64,000 nucleotides of DNA. Origin: Actinomycetota bacterium (GTDB lineage Bacteria > Actinomycetota > Humimicrobiia > Humimicrobiales > Humimicrobiaceae). The position numbers and the translations under genes are program-made. Where the stretch lies: positions 6,481-70,480 of the forward strand of contig VGAZ01000001.1 of the NCBI GenBank assembly GCA_016870615.1. Reading direction: 5' to 3'. The notes under the pieces are model-generated. The model was not told the DNA's origin. It was given only the letters and a program-made list of their open reading frames with translations, and searched no databases. Of this stretch, positions 31,909 through 40,312 are shown piece by piece (the first letter of the stretch is position 1; each line of letters opens with the position of its first letter).

Positions 31909-32328
31909 TCACTTTTTAATATTAAATATATTCCTGAGCATTTCTCTTTCAGTTGTCCTGTAAATATAATAATCTGAATCTATTGTTATTATCTCTTTTA
32001 TTCCCAGTCTTTCAGATATGATAACAAGTGTTGCATCTGCCAAATCCATTGGTATATCAGAATACTTTTCTGAAAGCTTAATTATTTTATCTATTTCTCC
32101 TGTTTGTATATCTTCAATTTTTAATCCGCCAAGTCTTATCCATTTTAAAAAATCTATTTGTGCACCTACATTGAAATCGAGCATGTGGCATGTCTCTGTT
32201 ATGACTGGCCAGCTGGTTGTAAGCAATCCTTTATAGTTCTTAATGAGCTCTTTTATTTTCTCATGATATTTATCATTTTTATTAAATAATGCTATAAGTG
32301 GCCCTGCATCAATGAGAGTGTTTTTCAT
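31909..32328 (-). CDS. vapC: PIN-domain ribonuclease toxin VapC
   Basis: It has the N-terminal LIDAGPLIAL motif with the first acidic residue, the PIN fold acidic residues and a C-terminal ITIDSDY motif. It overlaps the upstream small gene by 20 nt. Confidence 0.75.
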   Translation of the reverse strand: MKNTLIDAGPLIALFNKNDKYHEKIKELIKNYKGLLTTSWPVITETCHMLDFNVGAQIDFLKWIRLGGLKIEDIQTGEIDKIIKLSEKYSDIPMDLADATLVIISERLGIKEIITIDSDYYIYRTTEREMLRNIFNIKK

Positions 32329-32554
32329 GAAGTTTTTCCTTCAGTTTTGTTTTATAATTACTGGATAAAGAATTGCTGCTGCCGTATCTTCCAAAAAGGT
32401 CTGCGCCAAGTTTAAATGGCATGAAATCTTTTGAGCGCATGTCATAGTATTCAATTATTGCTTTTTTAATTACTTCAGATTTTGTTGTTTTTTCAATCTC
32501 AGTCAAAGCAGCAATCTTATTTAATATTTCATTGTTTAATCTCACAGTTGTCAT
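32309..32554 (-). CDS. vapB: VapB-type antitoxin (ribbon-helix-helix-like)
   Basis: The 81-aa product has the N-terminal TVRLNNEILNKIAALTEIEKTTKSEVIKKAIIEYY segment consistent with RHH, and is translationally coupled to vapC. Confidence 0.5.
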   Translation of the reverse strand: MTTVRLNNEILNKIAALTEIEKTTKSEVIKKAIIEYYDMRSKDFMPFKLGADLFGRYGSSNSLSSNYKTKLKEKLHEKHSH

Positions 32555-32847
32555 ATTGTTACCTCCGTATTACATATTGTATTACATTTTAATCTGCTGT
32601 CAATAGGACGAAAAAACGATATATTATTTTTAATTGTAATCAGCAAAAAACAAGCTTTATATGACATACATACCGGAATGGCTGGCCCGGGTAGTGAAAT
32701 TTCGAAACAATTTATTTTGGAAATTACCAAGTTTAAAAAATTTTACATAAATTTTAAAATAGCCAGTTTGGTGTAAATCATTATTATGTTATAATAAAAA
32801 AGTGTTATAACTCTTAGTTGATTGATTCTAAAATTTAATTTTATTAT

Positions 32848-33051
32848 TTGGTTGGTACAATGTATACGAAAATTAAAATAGTTTACTGGAAAGGTGAAAA
32901 ATTCTGGTTGGGTAAAATTCTTGAACACCCTGAAATTATGAGCCAAGGTGAAACTATTGAAGAACTTGAAGAAAACCTAAAAGATGCCTATAGGCTAATG
33001 CTAATGGATGATGTGCCCTCAGATTATCAGCTAAAAGAAATCTCAGTATGA
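32848..33051 (+). CDS. hicB: HicB-family antitoxin
   Basis: The 67-aa product has the HicB/UPF0150 pattern (YWKGEKFWLGKILEHPEIMSQGETIEELEENLKDAYRL). Its stop overlaps the hicA start. Confidence 0.6.
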   Translation: MVGTMYTKIKIVYWKGEKFWLGKILEHPEIMSQGETIEELEENLKDAYRLMLMDDVPSDYQLKEISV

Positions 33052-33230
33052 AACGCAGCGAACTTTTGAAGCAAATAAAAAAAGAAGGCTGCATATTTTT
33101 AAGACCTGGTTCAAGACATGATATTTATATAAATCCCAAGACTGGGCAAAAACAACCAGTACCCAGACATTTAGAAATTGATAATGACTTGGCTAAGCAT
33201 ATTAAGAAATATCTTGGTATTATAAAATAG
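33048..33230 (+). CDS. hicA: HicA-family mRNA interferase toxin
   Basis: The 60-aa product matches the HicA/YcfA pattern (SELLKQIKKEGCIFLRPGSRHDIYINPKTGQKQPVPRH...IKKYLGI). Confidence 0.75.
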   Translation: MKRSELLKQIKKEGCIFLRPGSRHDIYINPKTGQKQPVPRHLEIDNDLAKHIKKYLGIIK

Positions 33231-33291
33231 TCCTTGGCTGGAGAGAAAGGATTCGAACCGGCAAGAATCAATTGATAAAATAAGATAAGTA

Positions 33292-33368
33292 TGGTGGGCC
33301 CACCTGGATTCGAACCAGGGACCTCCGCATTATGAGTGCGCTGCTCTAACCAGCTGAGCTATGGGCCC
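33292..33368 (-). tRNA. tRNA-Met (anticodon CAU), elongator-like; tRNA-Ile2(k2CAU) not excluded
   Basis: The reverse complement is GGGCCCATAGCTCAGCTGGTTAGAGCAGCGCACTCATAATGCGGAGGTCCCTGGTTCGAATCCAGGTGGGCCCACCA. It folds into a cloverleaf with anticodon loop CUCAUAA and closely resembles E. coli elongator tRNA-Met. Confidence 0.8.
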
Positions 33369-33501
33369 CAAATAACTTAAATTGCATAATGCAGCAATTG
33401 CATATGTTATAAAAAATTAAAATATAAGTCAAATTGTTTTGGATGATTATTTTGCTTTATCTGTATTTATTTAATGCCTGCTTTTTTCTGCAAAAATGCT
33501 T

Positions 33502-34779
33502 CTATATCCTTGCATCAAGGACATCTTTTTCATACTTAAAGACTTCATCAATCCAGGACAGATCTTGCGGCATGTCCTGTGAACTGCAGTAATAATTCCA
33601 GACTGCGCCAAAAGGCATTGTCTTTGTATCTTCTAAAAGGCCTAGCCTTGCAAACAATTGGCCGCTGCTTTCATATTTTTTAATAAGAGAAACAGGCTCA
33701 AGCAATGCAAAAAGAAGCGCTTTTATTACAGCTCTTGCGCCAATTACCCATGCGCCTATCCTGTTGATTGAGGCATCAAAAAAGTCTGTGCCTATATAAA
33801 CTTTATCCAGTGCGTTCGATATGACAATTTCCCTCATTATATTAATAACTTCATCAGATAATATGGTTACATGGTCGCTGTCCCATCGTATTCCCCTGCT
33901 CAAATGCAGCATTATGCCTTTAATATAGGGAAGCACTGCAGATATTTTATCTGAAACTAATTCTGTCGGATGAAAATGTCCCGTGTCAAAAGTTATAAGC
34001 TTGTCATTTTTAACTGCATATGATAGATAAAACTCATGTGAGCCAACCACATAGCTTTCAGAAGCAATGCCGAAAAGTTTACTTTCCAGTGAATCAATAA
34101 TATTTGATTCGGGGTATTTTATTGAAAAAACTTCATCAAGGGAATCTTTTAGAATCTGCCTGTGCTCAAGCTTTGATAATGTAATATCTTTGGAGCCGTC
34201 CTGTATCCACAAATTGAATATGCATGTCTTTTTTAAACGCTTTCCAAAATAATTTGATATTTCCCTGCATCTCTTGGTGTGTTCAATCCAGAAATCCCTT
34301 ATCTTTTTATCCTTGCTTGAAAGGGTGTACCCGCTTTCTGCAAAAATGTGAGAAAAAGGAGTCGGGTTAAAATCTATGCCTGCACTATTGCTTTCTGCCC
34401 AGTCTGCCCAGCTCTTGAAATGATCAACAGTAATTGCGTTTCGGTCCACCTTTTTGCCTTTAAAATCCCCGTATATTGGGTGAAGGTTAATTTTCTTTGC
34501 GCCTGGTATAAGCGAAAAAGCTTTTTCGATATCCTGCTGCAGTTCAGCCAAATTGCGTGCCCTGCCCTTAAAATTACCTGTAGCAAGTATGCCACCCCCC
34601 AGAGCCGAGCCGGATTCTTCAAAACCCACTACATCGTCCCCCTGCCAGCAGTGTATCGATACCGGAATTTTTTCAAGTTTTTTTAAGACTTTATCTGTAT
34701 TTATACCTAAGCCGGCATAGTATTCTTTGGCATATTCATATTGTTTTTCAATATTTTTCATATGTTCCCTGGTTTGCAT
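33502..34779 (-). CDS. rhaA: L-rhamnose isomerase
   Basis: Similarity to E. coli RhaA is collinear along the whole length (PVSIHCWQGDDVVGFE, GNFKGRARN, DFNPTPFSH, DTGHFHPTE, RWDSDHV, INRIGAWVIG). Confidence 0.9.
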   Translation of the reverse strand: MQTREHMKNIEKQYEYAKEYYAGLGINTDKVLKKLEKIPVSIHCWQGDDVVGFEESGSALGGGILATGNFKGRARNLAELQQDIEKAFSLIPGAKKINLHPIYGDFKGKKVDRNAITVDHFKSWADWAESNSAGIDFNPTPFSHIFAESGYTLSSKDKKIRDFWIEHTKRCREISNYFGKRLKKTCIFNLWIQDGSKDITLSKLEHRQILKDSLDEVFSIKYPESNIIDSLESKLFGIASESYVVGSHEFYLSYAVKNDKLITFDTGHFHPTELVSDKISAVLPYIKGIMLHLSRGIRWDSDHVTILSDEVINIMREIVISNALDKVYIGTDFFDASINRIGAWVIGARAVIKALLFALLEPVSLIKKYESSGQLFARLGLLEDTKTMPFGAVWNYYCSSQDMPQDLSWIDEVFKYEKDVLDARI

Positions 34780-34848
34780 TTCTATGATTAAAAGTTTTAT
34801 AAATAAAATTATTTTTATTATATGTTAATAGAAATTTTTATTAAAGAA

Positions 34849-35580
34849 TCAAATCATATTTTTCTGCCGAAAGCTGAAATATCCGCTCTCAGCGACAATT
34901 AAATGGTCAAGTACCTGTATGCCGACAATCGCGCAGGACTTGCAAAGCCTGTTTGTAATCTCAATATCATCAATGGAGGGTTCAGGGTCACCGCTTGGGT
35001 GATTATGCAGAAATATCACTGAGGCTGCAGATGATTTAATCGCTATTTTTAATACTTCCCTGGGATGAACTATCGATGAAGTCAGGGATCCCTGCGAAAC
35101 AAGCACTTCCTTTATTATTTTGTTTTTAACATTTAAAAGGACAAGCCTGAATTGTTCATTTTTTAAATCTTTAAGCAATGGTATATAATAATTTGCAACT
35201 TCTTCACTGCATTTAAAACTTGTATTGCTTCCGTTCTTTTGTGACACAGCACGCCTGCCAAGCTCAATTGCAGCTACAAGCTGCGCTGCTTTTGCAAGCC
35301 CGATACCCTTTATTTCTGACAGCTCATTAACTGATGCATCCATAAGCCCGCAGAGATTTTCATAACACAGAAGAACTGATTTGGCAAGATCCAGGGCTGA
35401 GGCGCTGCCGCCATTTTTACCTGTTCCTGTCCTTAAAAGTATGGCTATTAGCTCAGAGTCTGAAAGCGCTTCACTGCCAAGCTTTAAAAGCTTTTCCCTG
35501 GGCCTTTCGCTTTGTGGCCATTTATTGATGGGGATGTGTTTAAATTCACTTTTGTTAAAATTTGCCAGTTTTTGCTCCAT
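34849..35580 (-). CDS. radC: RadC-family JAB/MPN domain protein
   Basis: An N-terminal HhH segment is followed by the JAMM motif HNHPSGDPEPSIDD. Confidence 0.85.
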   Translation of the reverse strand: MEQKLANFNKSEFKHIPINKWPQSERPREKLLKLGSEALSDSELIAILLRTGTGKNGGSASALDLAKSVLLCYENLCGLMDASVNELSEIKGIGLAKAAQLVAAIELGRRAVSQKNGSNTSFKCSEEVANYYIPLLKDLKNEQFRLVLLNVKNKIIKEVLVSQGSLTSSIVHPREVLKIAIKSSAASVIFLHNHPSGDPEPSIDDIEITNRLCKSCAIVGIQVLDHLIVAESGYFSFRQKNMI

Positions 35581-35711
35581 TATTTAATATAAGCCGAAGT
35601 TAGCCTGCAACAATCTGCAATGTAACCTTAAATATTAAATAATATAGCATATTTATGTATTTATGTAAATATATAAAATATATTGTATTTTGCAATTCTT
35701 AAGGTATTAAT

Positions 35712-35787
35712 TTCTTTCAAAACTGTTGCTTATGGCTTTTTATTCTGCAGATAATCAATCATTGGCTGCGAAACAAGAGGCACCAGC
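35712..35787. repeat. 76-bp near-identical (about 97%) direct copy of the 3' end (last ~19 codons plus ~17 nt of 3' UTR) of the downstream 1028-aa oxidoreductase gene
   Basis: Region 35712-35787 matches 36074-36148 with two mismatches (TTCTTTCAAAA[C/A]TGTTGCTTATG[G/T]CTTTTTATTCTGCAGATAATCAATCATTGGCTGCGAAACAAGAGGCACCAG). Confidence 0.6.
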
Positions 35788-36039
35788 TTTTTTTTCATTA
35801 ATTAAGATTATGAAATACAATTACATGCATAGGATAGTTTTACTGACTTAGTTAATAATTTGTATTTTTAGAAAAGAGATATATTTCAATTAACAGGCGT
35901 GGCATCTTTTGATAAGCGGACATCGTTAGAAAAAACAGTCCGGTTTTAACTTTTAAATGACAAATTTAAATTTAATATTGACTAATATTTTTTTGTCTTA
36001 TATTATTAAAATGCAGGTTGGAGCAGTCCTTCCTGTTAT

Positions 36040-36073
36040 CAATCGCCCGTTGCAAAAGACGGGCATTATTTTT
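36040..36073 (+). terminator. intrinsic terminator-like hairpin GCCCGU-UGCAAAAGA-CGGGC followed by AUUAUUUUUUU (plus-strand orientation)
   Basis: The stem-loop plus U-tract reads correctly only on the plus strand, although the adjacent large gene is on the minus strand. Confidence 0.35.
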
Positions 36074-36091
36074 TTCTTTCAAAAATGTTGC

Positions 36092-39000
36092 TTATGTCTT
36101 TTTATTCTGCAGATAATCAATCATTGGCTGCGAAACAAGAGGCACCAGGTCCTTAATCATATGGGGCATGAGATTTGCCATTACCTCAGGCATCATCGCG
36201 GGCATCTGCTCCCTCATATAATCAGGCATTGGGATCCTGTCGCCTATTCTTTCAAGCATTACATTCATCACTTTGGGCATCATTTTTGGTAAAAGTATAG
36301 GGAAAAGTACAGGAAATAACCCTTTCATGGCGTTTAATGCTCCTGGAATCTTACCCATAAACCTCATCATGCCGCCCATTTTAAGGGGCATAGAATCAAT
36401 TAATTCAGGCCACATGGTTGCCATAAGCTCTGCAAAACCTTTAGGCGACATAAGTGCAATCATAGCTTCAAATACAGCCCACTGCTTCTGGACTTCAATA
36501 TCTGGATCAGGGTATTCATATCCCAGATAGGAAGAAGCAAACCTTGCAAGATCTACTATTTCAACATCAATATTTTTCTTATCCTTTGTAACCCTGAACT
36601 GGAACTCGCAGCATGGACACAGTGCAACTACTTTTTCCGCACCTGCTGCAAGCGCTTCATCAAGCCTTTCCTTGCCAACCTCTGCCGCCACTGCCGGTTC
36701 TTTAATCAACGTTAAAACGCTTCCGCAGCAATGAGCCTGCTCCCTGTTGTATTCCATCTCAACAAAATCAACCTTTGGCAGTGCCTTTATAACTTCGCGC
36801 GGAGCATCATATACTCCTGAAACCCTTCCTATATGACAGGAATCATGCCAGGTCACCCTGACAGGACTTGCCCCATCATCAGGAAAAGAAAACTGGCCGG
36901 ATTTTATTTTATCTGCAAGCAGCTCGCTGTAATGTACTGCTTTTATATTGTATTCCATGCCCAATTTTTTGGCCCACTCAGGATAAACATTGCGCCACAT
37001 CATATCACATGCCGGGCAGGAAGAAACAACTGTATCTGCCCCTATATCCTGTATTGCTTTTATATTTGATTTCATTGTTTGCTCAAAAACATCCCATTTA
37101 CCTGCAACAAGCATAGGGGTTCCGCAGCAGTTTTCATTTTTTCCTGCGTAAGCAAAATCAATGCCTGCCCTGTCAAGCAGCCTCACTGTTGCCTGGGCTA
37201 TATCCTGCTCAACATAGCTTGCGGTGCATCCCGCAAAATAAGCGATTTTTGCTTTCTTTGCCGGGCCGTATTTATCCTTCAGCTCAGCAGGAAACCATTT
37301 TTCCCTGTCTTTTCTGTATCCTGCCCAGATATCACCCTGGCTCTGAAGAGCAGCTGACATCATCTCAAACGGGGGTATGGTCATTTTCTTTTCAGTATTT
37401 ATAAGCTGGCCCCTCATTTTCATCCAGGATTGCTCAATAGGAAGATTTGCGGAACATTTGAGATTGCATATTTCACATGTCGTGCATGCAAGAAATGAAT
37501 CAACCATATCCTGTGACCACTTTTGACTGCCCTGCATATATAGCCTTAACCAGTACCACCTTCCCCTCGGTCCCTGGCTTTCCCAGCCCCTGCCATAGAA
37601 TTCATCGCATTCCGGGACACAGTATCCACATTGCGAGCAGGCATAAGCATACCAGGCAACATCTGCAGGCACTGATTTTACAGGCTTTAGCGAAGGCTTT
37701 TCTGCAAAGCGCTTTGTTATGCGGTTTGAAAAGGGCCTGATGACTGGTTCGGCCAATTCTGCAAGCTTCATAACAAAATTGATTTTTCCAAATCCAAAAA
37801 CTTTTCCCGGATTAAAGATATTATTCTTATCTTCTGCAGTTTTAAAATCCCTTATTTTGTCATAATGGTTAGCGCCAAGTATGGCTTTTGCCTTATTTGC
37901 AAAATATATTCCAGCAGCAAAAGGTCTTCCCCCATATTTTAATGCTATCTTCATTATTGAAAGTGAAAGGACAAAAACAAAATTATAACTGAATCTTCTT
38001 TCATCACTGGGGATAAAGCCTAAAACAACAACTTCTGGTTCGCTGTTTTTTCCATTTTTTAACAGAACGCCTTCCTTAATTACAGTGTGCTTTATTACTC
38101 TTTTTATTTCCCTGCTTACACCAGAAAGCGATGAAAGGGGTATTATAAATTCTGCAGGCACAAGACTTGGACCCAGTCTTTTTACAACCATGATCTTGAA
38201 CCTGTTTTCCCATTCATGTTTTGCTATAGCATCGTCAAGCCTTGTTGCAGATGCCATTTCAAGCACTTCCGGAAGTTTTTGGTTAATGGTTTCCCTGTCC
38301 TTTTTGCGGAAAGTCAATGTTACAATATAGGCTGAAGGAAGCAGTACCTTCTTTTCAGCGTCATGGCCCAAATGTGTCCTTAAGGGGGAAAGGTTTTTTA
38401 ATTGGGCCATTTCAGGATTAATATAAAGAACGGACCAGAAAGGGATATCCTTTTTAACAATAATTTCAAAAAACTTCTGCAGGTTTTCTTCATCAGGTAT
38501 GCCCACCGAAATTACTTCCATATCTTCAAGTTTCATTACTTTTATTTTCATTGAAGATATTAGCCCGGTAATGCCTTCCGCATCAGCTATATACCCTAAA
38601 TCATCCCCCTTAAATTCTTTTACGCTGCCGTCAGGAAGGACAACTCTTGCGCTTATTACATTATCCTTAAACATCCCGGCCTCATATGCGCCAATTCCAG
38701 TGCCCCCATTTGCAAGCCATCCCCCGGCTGTTGAGCCTGGGTAGCTTGACGGGTAAAGCTTTAAAGTAAGCCCCTTTTTGCCAAGCTCCCTGTCAAGTTT
38801 TTCCCAGATAATGCCCGGCATAACAGTTGCGCTCATCTCTTTTTCATTTATTTCAATTATCTTGCTCATCCTGTAAAAATCAACGACAACGCCATTTGAA
38901 AGCGGAAGCACTCCCCCGTAACCTGAGGTAGCCTTACCTCTCGGGATAAGGGGTATTTTATTATCATTTGCCCACAGGGCAAGTTTTATTAATTCCTCTT

Positions 39001-39178
39001 CTGACTCCGGCTGGACCACCGCAGAAGTAAGCGTATTTCCAATAAAAGGCTTAACAAGGGCAGGAATTGACGCTATATCATGGCTGTACAATTTCCGCTC
39101 TGTTTTATTAAAAGAAACCCTGCCGCCAAGCATACTTTTAAGTTCTTCCATGGCTTTTTTTTGCATATATTCCCCCAA
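36092..39178 (-). CDS. fused FAD-linked oxidase / 2x[4Fe-4S] / double CCG-domain oxidoreductase (YdiJ- or GlcD-GlcF-like 2-hydroxyacid dehydrogenase) with Met-rich C-terminal tail
   Basis: An N-terminal PCMH FAD-binding domain (PLIPRGKATSGYGGVLP) is followed by a ferredoxin segment (CSQCGYCVPECDEF, CTTCEICNLKC), two CCG domains (NCCGTPM, HCCGSVL) and a ~130-aa tail containing more than 25 Met. Confidence 0.8.
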   Translation of the reverse strand: MGEYMQKKAMEELKSMLGGRVSFNKTERKLYSHDIASIPALVKPFIGNTLTSAVVQPESEEELIKLALWANDNKIPLIPRGKATSGYGGVLPLSNGVVVDFYRMSKIIEINEKEMSATVMPGIIWEKLDRELGKKGLTLKLYPSSYPGSTAGGWLANGGTGIGAYEAGMFKDNVISARVVLPDGSVKEFKGDDLGYIADAEGITGLISSMKIKVMKLEDMEVISVGIPDEENLQKFFEIIVKKDIPFWSVLYINPEMAQLKNLSPLRTHLGHDAEKKVLLPSAYIVTLTFRKKDRETINQKLPEVLEMASATRLDDAIAKHEWENRFKIMVVKRLGPSLVPAEFIIPLSSLSGVSREIKRVIKHTVIKEGVLLKNGKNSEPEVVVLGFIPSDERRFSYNFVFVLSLSIMKIALKYGGRPFAAGIYFANKAKAILGANHYDKIRDFKTAEDKNNIFNPGKVFGFGKINFVMKLAELAEPVIRPFSNRITKRFAEKPSLKPVKSVPADVAWYAYACSQCGYCVPECDEFYGRGWESQGPRGRWYWLRLYMQGSQKWSQDMVDSFLACTTCEICNLKCSANLPIEQSWMKMRGQLINTEKKMTIPPFEMMSAALQSQGDIWAGYRKDREKWFPAELKDKYGPAKKAKIAYFAGCTASYVEQDIAQATVRLLDRAGIDFAYAGKNENCCGTPMLVAGKWDVFEQTMKSNIKAIQDIGADTVVSSCPACDMMWRNVYPEWAKKLGMEYNIKAVHYSELLADKIKSGQFSFPDDGASPVRVTWHDSCHIGRVSGVYDAPREVIKALPKVDFVEMEYNREQAHCCGSVLTLIKEPAVAAEVGKERLDEALAAGAEKVVALCPCCEFQFRVTKDKKNIDVEIVDLARFASSYLGYEYPDPDIEVQKQWAVFEAMIALMSPKGFAELMATMWPELIDSMPLKMGGMMRFMGKIPGALNAMKGLFPVLFPILLPKMMPKVMNVMLERIGDRIPMPDYMREQMPAMMPEVMANLMPHMIKDLVPLVSQPMIDYLQNKKT

Positions 39179-39363
39179 ATTAAAAATAATTGATCATTGA
39201 AGAAGTAATATTTTCATGAAAATAATTAAATTGATTAATATATTACAATATTATTATATAATATTATTTATAATATCATATATGTCAAGAAATTTTTAAT
39301 ATTTTAAACATTTTCCGGTTTTGCCTGTGTATTTGATTTATTTTTATTTATAATATTTAAGCT

Positions 39364-40305
39364 ATGTCAAAAAATAATAATTTTAAAAAATTATTGGCAG
39401 AATGTATGCTTTGCCCCCATATGTGCAGGGTAGACAGGGCAGCGGGCCAAAAAGGCTTTTGCAGGGCAGGAAACACTGCCATAATATCGTCTTCTATGGC
39501 CCACCATGGTGAAGAGCCCCCTTTATCCGGTAAATATGGTTCAGGAACAATTTTCTTCTCACACTGCAATATGAAATGTGTTTACTGCCAGAACTACCAG
39601 ATAAGCCAGGAGCACACAGGGAATACTTTTTCAGCTATCCAGATTGCCTCAGAAATGCTTAATCTGCAAGGGCAGGGGTGCCACAATATTAATCTTGTAT
39701 CCCCTACAATTTGGATTCCGCAAATAGCGGAAGCTTTCTTTATTGCAAAAGAATCCGGGCTAAAAATACCTGTTGTTTATAATACCGGGGGATATGAAAG
39801 AAAACAGGTAATTAAGCTGCTGGAGGGGATCATAGACATATATATGCCTGATATAAGATACAGCAGCGACAATATGGCCCAGAAATACTCAGGTGTAAAA
39901 AATTATGTTAAAAATAACCGGCAGTCATTAATAGAGATGTACCGCCAGGTGGGCGGTCTTGTATTTGATGGTAACGGAATTGCAAAAAAAGGGCTGCTTA
40001 TAAGGCTTTTGGTGCTTCCGGGAAATATCGGGGGCGTTAAAGAAACACTTGATTTCATAAAGGATGAATTATCGCCAGATGTATATTTAAGCATAATGGC
40101 GCAGTATCACCCGGAATATATGGCCTTTAATTACCCGGAACTTTCCCGCAGCATTTTACCCGGTGAATACTTCCAGGTAGTGGAGTATGCAGAAAAGCTT
40201 GGCCTTGTAAACGGCTGGATACAGGACTATACTCCGCCTGAAAAAGATTTTTTCAGGCCAGACTTTAACAGGGAAAAAGTTTTTAAGTATTACGAAGACA
40301 AATGA
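39364..40305 (+). CDS. radical SAM protein, PflX (COG1313) family
   Basis: The N-terminal CPHMCRVDRAAGQKGFCRAG segment matches my recollection of the PflX N-terminus, and a CNMKCVYCQN radical SAM triad is present. Confidence 0.65.
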   Translation: MSKNNNFKKLLAECMLCPHMCRVDRAAGQKGFCRAGNTAIISSSMAHHGEEPPLSGKYGSGTIFFSHCNMKCVYCQNYQISQEHTGNTFSAIQIASEMLNLQGQGCHNINLVSPTIWIPQIAEAFFIAKESGLKIPVVYNTGGYERKQVIKLLEGIIDIYMPDIRYSSDNMAQKYSGVKNYVKNNRQSLIEMYRQVGGLVFDGNGIAKKGLLIRLLVLPGNIGGVKETLDFIKDELSPDVYLSIMAQYHPEYMAFNYPELSRSILPGEYFQVVEYAEKLGLVNGWIQDYTPPEKDFFRPDFNREKVFKYYEDK

Positions 40306-40312
40306 ATTAAAC

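Noticed and set aside
33231-33291. Possible second complete tRNA gene next to tRNA-Met
   Set aside because: Only a T-loop-like GGATTCGAACC core and a CCA-like end are present. The T-stem does not pair and no D-arm or anticodon arm can be built. It is reported only as a degenerate fragment.
35957-36292. His-rich plus-strand ORF (…HHRGHLLPHIIRHWD…HHFGHHFW) that could suggest a metal-binding peptide
   Set aside because: It is antisense to the Met-rich tail of the 1028-aa oxidoreductase (ATG codons read as CAT, which codes His on the other strand), an artefact of the opposite strand.
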